A stretch of DNA of 64,000 nucleotides from the NCBI RefSeq assembly GCF_964204645.1, contig NC_134036.1:1798001-1862000 (forward strand). Reading direction: 5' to 3'. The notes below the pieces were generated by a model. It was not told where the DNA came from. It saw only the letters and a list, made by a program, of their open reading frames with translations, and did no database searches. Positions 28,250-41,816 of the stretch are shown one piece after another; position 1 is the first letter of the stretch; the number at the start of each line of letters is the position of its first letter. This DNA comes from Tubulanus polymorphus (Eukaryota > Animalia > Nemertea). A program made the translations under genes and the position numbers.

Positions 28250-28778
28250 TCTGGATCCAGTTCTACAGTTTTGTGGGTTTGACTTTATTCTGAATCCAGA
28301 TCCACAGTTGTGGTGGTTTAATTTGATCTGGACCCAGTTCCACAGTTGTGGTGGTTTAATTTGATCTGGACCCAGTTCCACAGTTGTGGTGGTTTAATTT
28401 GATCTGGACACAGTTCCACAGTTGTGTGGGTTTAATTTGATCTGAACACAGTTCCACAGTTGTGGTGGTTTAATTTGATCTGGACCCAGTTCTACAGTTG
28501 TGGTGGTTTAATTTGATCTGGACCCAGTTCCACAGTTGTGGTGGTTTAATTTGATCTGGACCCAGTTCCACAGTTGTGGTGGTTTAATTTGATCTGGACC
28601 CAGTTCCACAGTTGTGGTGGTTTAATTTTATCTGGACCAAGTTCCACAGTTGTGTGGGTTTAATTTGATCTGGACACAGTTCCACGGTTGTGTGGATTTA
28701 ATCTGGATCCAGTTCCACAATTGTGTGGGCTTAATTTAACTGTGGACCCAGTTCCACAGTAGAGAGGATTTAATTCGG
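28250..28778. repeat. 38-bp minisatellite; inverted copies at 14850-14935 and 45160-45375
   Basis: Unit tttaatttgatctggacccagttccacagttgtggtgg. Confidence 0.95.
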
Positions 28779-30306
28779 ATTTAAATCATATAATTGCGAG
28801 GTAAATTAGAAAGCGATTTGCACGAGTCCCTCGGGATTCAATCCATCAATTTTCCGCATTTTTAATTTCGGAGGCAAGTCGGCAAAAACAACATAATCAA
28901 CATTATTTTTTTAGCCAATTCGAATGGGTAAAAACATGACATGTGACGTTGAGATAAGCGACTGCTCTTGCGGCGAAATCGTCAGTCAGTCAGTCAAACT
29001 TGAGTTCCATCTTCAAGAAGAATTACTACTAACATCTGATCGTTCATGACGATTGGCACCGAGGCAGAAACAGGTTGTCAAAATATCACTGCCACTTTAC
29101 GAGAGTTGAGATTGAGATTTTGATAGGCGATATTTTGACAAGCGCGCAGAAAATACTGGCGTTCTTATTTGTCCTCTTGTAAGACCATCAGAATTTACAT
29201 CTAGGACCGTGCGGTCAAATGCTAGAAATTTTCGACCCATTATCACAAATATCTCAAATAGTCATTACAACGGGTGATATTTTGAGATTGTGGGCTAAAT
29301 CACGTTTTCTATGAAACTGCTTAAATCTGGCGTCCTTTTTGTAACGGTGAAACCTTCAAAATCTAAGCCTAACTATTGGTTGCGGTCGAATACGAAACAT
29401 TTTTCGATCGGATATCTCAAAATATCTCAAATACCGTGATCACCGGGTGATATGTTGAGATTGATATCTCATTCACCCCGAGGATAATGAAGCAGATATT
29501 GAGACACCCGATGTTAAATATATCGCGTTATGTTTGATGTATCATAGTTAACTTTGATGAGTTGAACACAACCAGACAGACAAGCGTCTTATAACTAAAC
29601 AGCTTATAGAGTACTGGCAGCTTAAATCTTTTATTTTTACCAGGATCCAAAGCTATCGATATTTCTTTTGTATGAAGTCATCAAAGACAATAAGATTTGA
29701 AAAACAACTGTTTAGCGATATTTAGGGTTAGACCGACTTATTCCAAGATGAGGCTGATGTTGTGCCTTATCAACAAATGCTTTGTCGAAATCCACCGTTG
29801 AACAGGATTCTAAGACTGTGCAGAAAACCCGTTATCGCTGCTTTGCAGCTATATTCAAATTTTGATATTCTGCCAGATTTTTATTTCATATTAAAATTAA
29901 AACCCAACGATTTTCATATTCACTGACAGAATACGCAAGACTTTTTCTATTACATCGATTTCGTTTATTTCTTGCTATCGTTCATTTTTTCGCTCGTCGT
30001 CGTGTCGCGTTCGGGTTCTCGCGATGAAGATGCGTGCGCACGACGGCGCGGAATACCGTGGATATCAATAACACGACGCGCATTCTTTAGAATCTCCTTC
30101 ACGGTCGTCGATAATGAATTGAAACGAAAAGTGATTCGGGTTTTATTTCATTCTCCTCCAAGTCGTCTGCTCCGGCTCGGCAATCTCCGTCGGTATTTTT
30201 CATTGATGTCGATAGAAATTAATTCGCAATCGATTTTTTTGTTGCCATCGACGACGATGATGACGGGGACGGTATTGTTAAAGATATCATAATTCACGCG
30301 CGATTG

Positions 30307-30309
<3 letters not shown>

Positions 30310-30381
<72 letters not shown>

Positions 30382-30612
30382 TGTGGATTGGGAAAATGGG
30401 AAGTGGTTGGGGAGAGAGGGGCAGGGAGAGGAGAGGGAGAGAGGGGGAGATAGAGGGGAGAGGGGGAGGGAGAGCCAGGAGAGGGGGAGAGAGGAGAGAG
30501 AGGGGAGAGAGAGAGGGGTGAGGGAGAGGGAGAGGGGAGAGAGAGGGGTGAGGGAGAGGGGGAGAGAGAGGGGTGAGGTAGAGGTGAAGGAGAGGGGAGA
30601 GGGAGAAGCAAG
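30310..30612. repeat. (GA)n plus purine-rich low-complexity tract
   Basis: Direct reading; similar tracts at 7950-8260, 17680-18047 and 61090-61378. Confidence 0.95.
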
Positions 30613-31128
30613 GAAGTGAAAAAGTGTAGATGGATGGATGCAATGGAATCATTGAAACCGAAACGTCATTATGCCTAAAGTTGGGAGATTTGTCTATTTA
30701 CAATTTCCACTGCCTTCGGGCCTCAGGTAATAATTATCCCTATGTCTTATGAGAAATATATCTGACGGATTTTTTTTTCTACAATTATCGAAAGACCTTC
30801 GTGGTTAAGATAAACATAAATCAACCCGATAGTTTATAACGGCAGCACTGGACTCGTGACGATATATCGTCCATCGTCGGTCGAACGGTTCCTAGCTGCG
30901 CGTTTATCGGGCGATTATTCCGTTACGAGTCCGAGCGTTAATTGGTCAATTATTCAAATGAAACCGTCGTCGTCTCTCTCGTCTGCTATACATCAGTAAA
31001 AAGCGTTGTTTATATGCTCGACCACGATCGGCTGCTTCTCGGGCCGCGGGGTCATTCTATCTTATCCGCTGGCCACGCATATTGTCATGATGAATAAATG
31101 CAAATGGACATTGATGTTTAGTTACTAA

Positions 31129-31244
<116 letters not shown>

Positions 31245-32082
31245 AGAATAGCTATTAGCTATTAGCCTGACAGGACCAGAAGGCGAAACCAAAATGGCCG
31301 CCAGGCAGTCTAATAGGGAACCTGCGATTTCCTGTGGCAATCGAGGATTCCACTCACGGCAGGCGAGGATCCAACAGGTTCGCTAGTAGTTACTCCGTGT
31401 TCGATTTCTTCTCCATTTCAACGATAATCGAAAATGTTTCGGCCAATGTTTGTATGGTATGTTTGGTGCTGTGATATAGTGTATGGATTCGGGAGTGTAA
31501 AAGTTCAGTTCAAAGTTAATTGAAAATGAACTCATGTTTAGAACGTAAGACTGGCTTCTCGTCACGCCATCTGGTGGGATAGCTGGTGATGCGGGTTCGC
31601 CACTGCGAAAAAAAAATATCATCAAAAATGGCCCGCAGGCAGCCATATGGGATTACTGCGGACTAAAATGGCGACTAGACAGTCGTATGACCTTAAGATG
31701 AAACCAAAATCTATCGGGCAGTTATGTTGCTTGAAGAAGATACCAATTAGGGGCGTTTAGTTTAGACGGTCAAATCGTGACCTTAATATAAACCAACATG
31801 GCCAACGGGCAGCCATATGACCAGAAAATAAAAACAATAAGGCTATCAGGCAATGATCTGAAGATGAAGGGTTGATATAGTTTGCTTTACTTCGCTAAGA
31901 AACACTATCATGGCCTCATTTAAGATCGCTTAAATCCAATATGGCTACCAGGCAGTCAGTTAAGAGTATTAAAGTCCAAAATGGCCATCGAGCAGCCATA
32001 TATCATCTTTCATCCTCCTTCAACAGTCATTAGGATATAGTCGAAACATATAATTCGCCCAAGGAAACATTTTTGGACTTAC

Positions 32083-32278
32083 CATCATTTTTCGTTATTA
32101 TACTGGGATTCTCTTTATATTAGATAGCAACCCCTATTATCACATCTACGCACTAATACGGACAGTTCTCTTTACGACTTACATGTAGACCCACCCGACC
32201 ATTGGTCACACAACACTTCTCATCATTTTCAACTACAACATTTCGATCACGATGATGAATAAAACTCTAGGAACTTAC
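32083..32278 (-). other. Putative 5'UTR/RS-exon with two alternative GTAAGT donors (after 32183 and after 32083); the long form ends AAAAATGATG|GTAAGT, a possible start codon in phase 0
   Basis: Strong acceptor at 32279-32280; GTAAGT at 32182-32177 and 32082-32077. ATG ATG in an A-rich context is phase-compatible with exon 1511-1663. Confidence 0.5.
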
Positions 32279-32315
32279 CTAAAAAGACAAAAACAGATCG
32301 AAAAACGAATTAGTA
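32273..32315 (-). other. Candidate recursive splice site
   Basis: Minus strand reads TACTAAT-TCGTTTTTCGATCTGTTTTTGTCTTTT-TAG|GTAAGT, with no AG between branch point and acceptor. Confidence 0.65.
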
Positions 32316-32898
32316 CAAATGTTTCTATTATTTTTTTTCTGAATAGAATTTGAATCGAAGAAGGATTTGATAATTTTTTTTTTAAAAAAGAAAAACTAAT
32401 AACATGAACGTGGATTGAAGTTTAAATGCGGTGAACGTGAACAGTGTGGTGCAAAAGGATTCATAGGGAGGAATGGATATAAACAGAGTGGTGCAAAACA
32501 TATTGGAATGGCGTGCTTTAACGAAAGCTCTTCCATTTTATTTGAAGAATATCCTAAACCATCATCAGCATTTCATTAAAAACTCGCGAACTATAATCGC
32601 GACTTCATCAAAAAGAAAATCTATCTTTTTGGTCTATTTTTTCAAAGAAGTAAACGATCCTCTGATGTCGTTTGACCGTCGTCGTTGCTGTAAGTCTTTC
32701 GATATAAGTCGTATAGGGCACGTTGATTGAACAATGATACCACCTGCTCCGTTCAAATTATACTAAACATACGTATCACCGCGGCAACGCAACAATACCG
32801 ACCGCTAAATAAACCCGAAATTATATTCCCCGATTTTTTATGAGCTTTATCCGCGCACCACCTGAGACCCGATCGCCTCGATTGCCGCAGGTCGAACC

Positions 32899-32994
32899 AA
32901 ATGAGCGAAAAAACTTTGCGTCGATTGGTTTTTATATAGAAGATAATAACCACAACCAGCTGGGTCATCGTCGTTATAACCGTCGACTGAGTCA
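32899..32994 (-). promoter_or_regulatory. Possible Pol II core promoter (AP-1 TGACTCA, TATAAAA, Inr-like TCATTT)
   Basis: AP-1 at 32988-32994, TATAAAA at 32936-32930, TCATTT at 32904-32899 (spacing about 34 nt, slightly long), candidate donor GTATGT at 32772-32767. Confidence 0.3.
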
Positions 32995-34744
32995 CGCGCC
33001 AGGGGCGACTACGAATTTTTTTTGGGGACCGGAAGAACACTTCGTTGATGATTACCACGATTATGAATACCTGAGGTTTGGTTATAACTGTCAGTAATAA
33101 CCCAGGCAGCTACCCGCTGTAAGGACGACGCAATAATGGGGGTATTTGATGAGTTTGTACGAAAAAAAATAAATCGTAATTTACTAAGGATAAGTGGCCG
33201 TTTTCTAACGGATAACTGCGTCTATCCGTTCTCGTTTGGCATCGTCTGCAGGGACTTAAGTTGCTAAAAAATTTATCAGAGTTAACCAGTAGATAGTTGA
33301 CATAGTGACATCTTAAAGCTCATTGTTATGGTATCGATCAACCGATAATCTACATCCAACTTTTAAGTATATGGCCAAGGGACATATGAATAACCACTAC
33401 CTGGTGTTTGGATATTTTAGGGCGATACGAAAAGGGCTATCTGATGTTTGGATGTAAATAGTAGGAGAGAGGGGGCTAGCAACGGGAGGAGATTTGGAGA
33501 GCTGGGGAGGGGGGAATGATAGACGATTGACATTTTAACTTTAAGCAATCGCGACAAGTCCCACGTATGTTTCTATTTATATATCTATGTAAATCCCAGG
33601 GACAGACGGACGGACAATAAACCGAGTCGGTGGCGATGAGCGACCCTGGTTGACATTACAATCACCAGCAACACCGATCGATATCTACATCCACCGTTAA
33701 CGATATCGAGCGTGGCGTTCATAAATAACATGGCAATTCAGGTGGAATCTCGGTTGCCACAGTAAGCCACCGAGGAGGTTCCTCAGTTGCCGGAATAAAT
33801 GCTCACTCCTCATTCCTCTCTAAGCTACTCGCCTGCCAGGGACAGCTCGATTTGTGAGTTCATTAACATATTAATCACCTGCCACAGTAAGTTTCTTAGA
33901 ATATCTCATTCGACTTAATCGACGCTTCGAGGAAAATACGAAACATCAAAAGTTAGAAATCAAAACGATTTCCCGAGCGAAAATTGAAAAAAAAGAAAAA
34001 CTAGATAAAGAAAAGAAAAAACATGAGTTTTTACTTTCTCGGTTTCGGTAGCGTTGAGATTTACCGGGGAGGGTGAACATGTCGCCGTTTACGCAAGGAT
34101 AAAAGCCGAATCGATCCTTGTGAAGTCGGAGTCGAGCGACAAGAGAACAAAGCCATAAAGAAGCATTACGATCCGTCTAATGGCAAAGTTTCCTTGGAGG
34201 CATCTATCAACCATTTAGCACATCACCATTTCTCTCGCATAACTATCTCTTGTATTCATAGCTCAATGCAGAGAAAGTGAAGGTATTCATCTCCATCCGG
34301 ATTTTTCATTTGGGAAAGTGAAGACCTCTATCACAATATATTCCTAACATGTTTTTCGATTTGGGGAGTGGGGCATCTCCCTGGGCCTCTCCTGTCTCTG
34401 TATCTAAACCTCCACTCTTTTCGCCTTCCACTCTCACCTCTCAACCCGTCTTCTTTCATCCTCACTATCTCCTCCCTCTCCCTCTCCTCTATTTTTCATT
34501 CTGTGACTCGGCAGGATAAAACAATCTGTGTCATCGTTGTCTTACGCGATCAGTAACAGATGCTACGCGATCGACAATACGATATCTTTTGTGATCAGCA
34601 GTTCTTTACAAATGTCATTATCATGACGTGATAGATAGATAGATATATATGATAACTTATCCACAATGTGAAAACATATAATTGTTGGAACCGACTGCTC
34701 CTTAGGAGACGTTCGATGGCTCATCAGCATTCTCCTATTTCTTA

Positions 34745-35170
34745 ATCGTCCACACTTCACGTGAGTCTCGAACTTCACCTGAGACATTTCTAATTGAAAA
34801 TGAACTACAAACACCAGACATTAGACATTTTATCAGCACACCTTCAAAAACTGATCGTCCACACTTCACATGTGTTCAGTGCTTCATCTGAGACATTCTG
34901 AACCGAAGATGAACTACAAACACCAGACATTAGACATTTTATCAGCACACCTTCAAAAACTGATCGTCCACACTTCTCATGTGTTCAGTGCTTCACCTGA
35001 GACATTTCTAATTGGAAATGAACTACAAACACCGGACATTAGACATTTTATCAGCTCGCTTTCAAAAACTGATCGTCCACACTTCACATGTGTTCAGTGC
35101 TTCACCTGAGACATCGTAATTGATAATGATCTACAAACACCAGATATAAGACATTTTATCACCTCACTTC
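34745..35170 (+). repeat. 109-bp minisatellite array (about 4 units)
   Basis: Same unit. Confidence 0.93.
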
Positions 35171-36781
35171 AATGGTAACTGTCTGATATATAGGTTACAG
35201 TAGGTTCCAGTCTGCAGGTTGATTTACACAACTGTGGAACTTGAGCCAAATTCGATTCACCCAACCGTAGAAACGTGAAACTCATATCTGAATAATGTAT
35301 CTTCCGATTCAATAGCCGTAAAGAGATAATATTATGATAGGTATATTGAAGATCTAAAAGATGTTACTGGCGACTTCATCAGTAAACACTTCATTCCCGA
35401 ACATCGATACATTTTGAAACTTCTGACAAGTTAAGTGCACTGTATCACTGAGTAAAATGTGTATAATATACTATTACAAAATACTGGTGCCACACTTAAA
35501 ATATCTCGAGTGAAGCTTCCCTAATTACCACGTGATTCAACGGATCACAAAAATTCTGGAAAGTATGATGATGATGACGATGATGAATCTGTAAAATCGA
35601 TCTATGAGTTTGTAGTTTGTCAAGAATCACGAGTCTTATACCGAGGTTTCAGACCAACCATTATTTTCAACACTGCCAAATTCGTTATAACGCCATGAGG
35701 CAAGCTGCTAAAAGGTCTTTGGCAGGTAACCAGCTGATAGGTGGTATAGTGACAATTGTAAATTCACTGTCACTATGGTATTTATCCGCCAGTTATCTTT
35801 AACCAACTTTGGAGCAACTGCAGCCTCTGTCCAATAGGCTGCTTCTAAAAATGCCGAAACACACCACCGATATGCCCACTACACTAGACCAGGTTGGATC
35901 TTTTAATTTTTTTTTTAGACCGGATTTGTATTTCGAAATTCAAGTCTAAAAAATTGTTTGGATAATTATTCGACATTATGATCGTCTAGATGACCTCACA
36001 GACTGTAGTTGAAACAGTCTAATCCTGGTAGAGGATTGTATTAGCAACTGATGTATAGATAATGGTCAGCACCACCTCCCCACAACTCTCACACGTACAA
36101 TTCAAACATGTCATCACCAGGTATACGTTATTAACGGCTCCTTCTGTCGATGATAAAGTTATTATTAATAATATCTAACAGACTCTCTCTCTGTCACTCG
36201 ATACCTGACGAAACATGCTCGGCGAAATTTCAAATCATCGTTGCCAACGACGACCGAACGACAACAATCGGTACCGGTATGAACCCGTTTGCTCGCACGC
36301 GCGAGGAGGAGATGGAGAGAGGATGCCGATGTGATTAATAAGCTGTATCGGACGCGCTGAGAGCAGACGAGATGATGAGGATGCTGCTGATGTTGTATAT
36401 ATGTGTATTTCCCTCACGGCGAGAGAGTTTGGCAATATTGAATCTTATCGATTTGTATTCCAAGAACACATCTCGGTGTTCATATACATATGTACACATA
36501 CGTCATGGCCATCGAACGAAGTGGGAAGTGTAGATAAGTGCGTACTAAATGGGATACATATTTCAATCCGTATTCTTTTAGTTTGCGATGGCTTTTTACC
36601 TCCATCCATAAGTCGGGAACTACTGAGCGATGACCGTGGGAACAACTAGCCTACTTTCAGGACGGGGTGAACTGCCAACAACTCCCCAAGATCTAACTCA
36701 AATCAGGTTTTTGAAAGATGACCTAGAGATAATTGAAGTTCCACAATTCGAATTTTATGTGATTATTAATTCATTCATATA

Positions 36782-36825
36782 CGACAACGTTTCGGCTGTT
36801 GACTAACACAGCAATCATCAGCTGG
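36782..36825 (-). ncRNA. Decayed minimal hammerhead motif
   Basis: CTGATGA-TT-GCTGT-gttagtca-ACAGC-C-GAAACGTT; core and stem II retained, stem I mismatched. Confidence 0.55.
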
Positions 36826-39149
36826 AATGAGAATGACCTTTTGCCGAAGCAGCCATACTTTCTGCAGTAGTCACCAGGAACACCACGTGGTTAACAACAC
36901 GTCATTGGGTGATTTACTGGAGATGGCCATACAGCAAGAAAACTACATAGATGATATGATAGATTTGTTTATTCATGTTACGTCCCTTTACGTTCCTCAG
37001 TCCCCGTCAATGCTGATGTCACATGGGGATTCATAGAGTCGGCCATATCTTCTGCACGTGTCTACCGGTTTACCCTGATTTGATGATGTCATAGGGGGAT
37101 TTATAGAGACAGCCATCATTTCTAGAAGTGTCTATCCAATTGGCAAATCGATTTGATCATGTCATAGGGGGATTCATAGAGGCAGTCATAGTTTTTGGAA
37201 GCGTTAGTGTCACTTCATTTGTAGATGTAGCCATTCTTATGAGATCGAGGATGGGATTCTATGGGCAATGTATTTAAGGGTCTGTATGCGGAAGGTGTGT
37301 AAGGGTTCTCCTTGTAAAAAGGTCGTTGTTCACTTGTAATCTGAACAGCACTCGGTATAAGCGGTTTCCCGTGGTGATTGATGAGTAGCGATGATACTCC
37401 TGGATTACCCGCGCTTAACGCCGGATCAACGACAATTCTCCCGTTGATTCGTAACGAATAATAAACCAACAACATCCAGCGTCAACGCTGCCTGCGACAA
37501 TCTGTGGTGAGACGTGTGCGGAGGAATGTCAGCTCGGAATATTCTCTCTCCGACGAGATTTATTCTATGAGCCGTATTCGAAACAGACGGTGTGGAATAT
37601 GTTTTCTTAAATCTAATTTCGTCGCCGCTTCGACGTCGCTCGTGACAATTAATCCGAGGTAAACAATCAAACGCACACACGTGACAACGACGGCAGTCGT
37701 CGTCGTTGTCACGTAGACGATTGTTGTTCTTCGATCAAACGCTTCAGTGAGTTTAGTCGCTACGGTGAGAGACTAGTGAAAGAGGGTGCGCGATCACAGC
37801 AGCGGAACAGATCCTCCCGAGCACACAGAACTACAACAGTTCCCCACAGACTGTTGTCGGTGCCAAGATTTCAGATTAGACTTTAATTCGACTGCGATGT
37901 TTTTTGCATTTGCAATGTTTCAATTCCATCAAGTCAAATCCCAACCAAGAATTGTGAAACCGCTGAACGTTACAATAATAAACTTGATGAACATATAATG
38001 ATAGCCTCCTTAACTCACTTTTCATCAACATTGACTAGCTGCGTTGACATTTCCAGAATGGATGAATAATTTCCCTGTTCCATCACTAAGCAGGTTATAT
38101 CATCATGTAACCTGGAAAGGTGTCTATACCACCACATCTATCTAATGATGTCATAGGGGGATTTATGAAGGCAGTCATATCTGCTACAAGGCTGTATATA
38201 ACCACATATAAATTTGAGTTTAGTGTAGTAGGCTAGTTTATGGAGGCAGCCATTTTTGTGTGAAGGCAAAGGTGGATTCCATGAAATGCTTCCACAACGC
38301 CATAGGCAGAAGACACAACCATCTGTAAGGGTGTGAATAGCGCTGATGGATGGTGATGAAGATGACGATACCATTCGCGATGGCACGTTAGTACATGATG
38401 TGCACAGCTATACCGTGGACAACCGGTTTCAACTAGAACTGATCTTGAATTATATGAGGCATCGATTTTCTACCCTAAACATCTGACAATGACTGCTGCC
38501 TGGAATTCTCTACCCATCATCACTACTACCACCGCCGCCGCTGCTGCTGCTGCTGCTGCTGCTGCTACTGCATATTGATCATCGTTCCCGAATCCGACGA
38601 TACCATTAGACTTTCAGGTAAAAATGCAGAACTTAGAATAAAACTCACTAACTCAACAGTAGCACAACAATCAAGCTTTCGTCAACGTTTCACATCATAC
38701 CGACAACAATGACGTTAACGTTTTACTGACAATAATACACGCAACGTTCACGTATCAACGCTATGACAACGACGGTGTCAATTAACGAAATTAGAAAAAC
38801 GTTTAACGATCCCATCGAAAATGCGTGAATTGAACAAGCAAATGAGGCGACAGTTGATTCTGGTGTATTCCCAAATGGCGATGGCAAAGTTCAATTTGGA
38901 AATTGGTTTCGCGTCACGATGGGAGTATACTATCGCCTATCGCGTGCTGGGTAGTATATACAATGTTAGTCACTTCGAATGATGAGATATAACGTGCGAG
39001 ACTGTTCTTGTAGGTTGGCCTAAATGCAAAAGGCCATATACAAGGCTGGCAAAATTGGCTTTGAAGGTTAAAGGCCAGGTATAAGGCGGGAGGCTGGCTT
39101 AGACAGGGCATGGGTAGTCGAAGGCCAGGCATAAGGTGAGAGGGCTTTT

Positions 39150-39700
39150 AAATCTACTTGAAAAGTCGCAGCCAATATGCAAATACAAGAACTGTGTTGT
39201 AGACGCCTGAGGCCATAACGTAGGCCCGGGTAAAGAAGAAATCCTATCATAGATCGATAATGCTGAAGTTTTGCTCAGGTACAACGGTTGGTTAGCCTGG
39301 GTGTGGAAAATGTGGCTAACGGTTACTTTTACAGATAGACAGTGTTTCCCTAGAAGCAACAGGCGTGATACAGGACAAGAAGCTAAATGTAGTACAGGTG
39401 ACCTTTAAGATCGGGAAAAGATACTGCCCAATAAACCAAAGGCATTTTTGATTTTAGAAAAAAGACTCGGAACATCTTTCACGGCCATCAAAAGTATGAT
39501 TAAGGCGAGCTAATTGAGTTAAAGGTCATACCATAAGACCAAGTTCATGTCAAGAATGGAATGCCAATGAATGCCACCAAAGTAAGTCGAAGTGCTTCAC
39601 GTCGTCGCAGCTCGTTGAAATCATAGGTTAAGGATTTATCACCATAGGGATGACTTCCTGAGATGTGATTAAATGTGTATATGCTAAGTACTGAACACGA
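39150..39700 (-). pseudogene. Possible highly decayed non-LTR retrotransposon RT fragment
   Basis: Broken frames give W-S-Y-G-M-T-F-N and K-I-K-N-A-F-G-L-L, reminiscent of the C-terminal RT motifs of CR1/L2-type LINEs; many stops. Confidence 0.3.
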
Positions 39701-40343
39701 TCAATCAATACAAGCGAAAGTGAAAGGTATGTAATTAATGAACTACCAGAAGACAACACTCTTATAAATACACTACGCGAGCCGTCAAGGACATGTCAGC
39801 GACACCGATGGAAGTGGGAGATTTTAGCATCGAAGAATGCTGAGTGGCAAAATAGAGAAAGTACTAATTATCATTATTACATATGGCAGGAATCGAGATT
39901 ATACGGATGGCGAGAAATACGAAAATACTAGTAAAAGCTTAGGAGCCAATTATTATGGAAGGCGATAAACGCACAAATATATATGGATCAAAAAATTAGC
40001 AACTACAAGAGAGAGGATGGCTTATCAAAGGTATAAAGAGCCGAAGAATGTGTTCAACGAATATCTAATTATATGGAAGGACGCTATGGTCCATTTATTG
40101 ATTGATGAGAATTGTTTTCTCATATATTCTGAGATATTTTGCTTATTTTTTGGGGAATGCCGAAAATGAATGCCAAAATTTCTTACATTTTACTAATAAG
40201 GTCATTGTGGAATTATGTTCAGTGACAAAGTTGGAAATTCTAAAAAGCCCCAAAATATAGAATCAAAGCATTAATAAATAGAACCCTTAATAACTTGTGG
40301 TGAAAACATGTACACGAAATGATCATCGATAGAAAGAGCATAA

Positions 40344-40563
40344 GGCCCAAAAAAATTGATACCTTGTTTCTCTGCTCTGCTGAGCTTAAATGTTGACCCG
40401 GCCGGCCGCCTATCTACCCTGTACATTACTTTTTTAAAAATCGTGATCAATTTCACCATAACAGACCCGGCCGCTATGGAAATGAACTGTTTATGAATTT
40501 TATCATATTTTACAAAAATGACCCGGCCGCTGCGGAGAAACAAGGTATCATTTTTGTTTAGCC
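40344..40563. mobile_element. 220-bp MITE with GGC termini and TAA TSD (Zator- or Harbinger-like)
   Basis: taa|ggcccaaaaaaattgataccttgtttctc ... gagaaacaaggtatcatttttgtttagcc|taa. Confidence 0.8.
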
Positions 40564-40927
40564 TAAACAACAACAAAAAACCCAAACTCCAGACGTAGCC
40601 ATTACGGCTATGGATTAAGCGTCAAAATACTTGTAACTCGCTCGTCGACAGGTGCAATTACGTAGCGTCCTTGCGGCGTATACAGAGAAGTACGACGAGC
40701 GGGGTAAAGGTGACGACATTACAGCGATTAGTTCTATTTAGTCGCGACGATTCGGCGTACATCAAACCGGTCCACGCGACCTTGAGTGCACGTCGTGTAG
40801 ATGATTACCCCAGCGGTATTTGGCCATTAACTACATCAAAAGATAGATACGACACAAGCGTGGAAGGTTGCAGTGTCACGAGATGAGAAAGTAGAACATC
40901 TGATTCTAGTCGGGGCCCATTGGGTGA

Positions 40928-41158
40928 TTATTTAAAGGTAACGTCTCTAAGATGCTGACACCATAGCTGTGAGGGGAGGGGGAGTTATTTGAAGGTAACC
41001 CCACTAGGGTGCCGATACCATAGCTGTGAGGGAAGGGGAAGTTATTTGAAGGTAATGTCACTAGGGTGCCGATACCATAGCTGTGAGGGGAGGGGAAGTT
41101 ATTTGAAGGTAACACCACTAAGGTGCTGATACCATAGCTGTGAAGGGAGGGGAAGTTG
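40928..41158. repeat. 57-bp tandem repeat, 4 copies
   Basis: Unit ttatttgaaggtaacaccactagggtgccgataccatagctgtgaggggaggggaag. Confidence 0.92.
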
Positions 41159-41816
41159 TGATGAACACAATGTCCTCCACTCTAACGATCTTCCATTCAC
41201 TACTGAACATCGAAAATAAACAAGTCCTCGCACTGTTTGTTCCATTTATTCATTTTTCGTCTTATAAACAAAAACTTGCGATTTACGAAGAAAATTGTTT
41301 TTAAAACAAATATCATATGATGATCATCAATTTTACGGAAAGAGTGAGATACGGGTTGCATCCAGAATCCCGTAGTGAACGAGAGGAGCATCTGGAAGAC
41401 ATCCCCTCCTCGTCTTCTTATAGCCGGTATATTCTACTACATTACACTCCGAGATAGACACTGTATCTAAAATCTCGATGAAGTTGTTAACACCATATGT
41501 AACGATTTGTAACGATAGCTACACAGATACAAACCGAGAACTGTAGGGAGAGAGATAATGTCTGATAAGTGATTAACATGTTGTAATACACGCTGTCTAC
41601 ACGACTCCGACCGGTGATAAGCTTTTAAACAATTAATTCGCACTTAGTTTGAAGTGCTTATCATCAATTCTTATCTGATTAAATCATTGGCCGCGTTGGT
41701 TTACTAATATTGCTAGAACTTATCGAGGCTTTAATGAATATGTTCAATATTTTGTGACGGGGAAAATGAAAATAAATACAATAAATACAATAGCCAGCAC
41801 TGGACCTAACTGTAGA

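Noticed and set aside
36205-36216. ATG TTT CGT CAG|GTATCG as a first coding micro-exon (minus strand)
   Set aside because: Phase-compatible with exon 1511-1663, but the donor is weak and there is no independent support.
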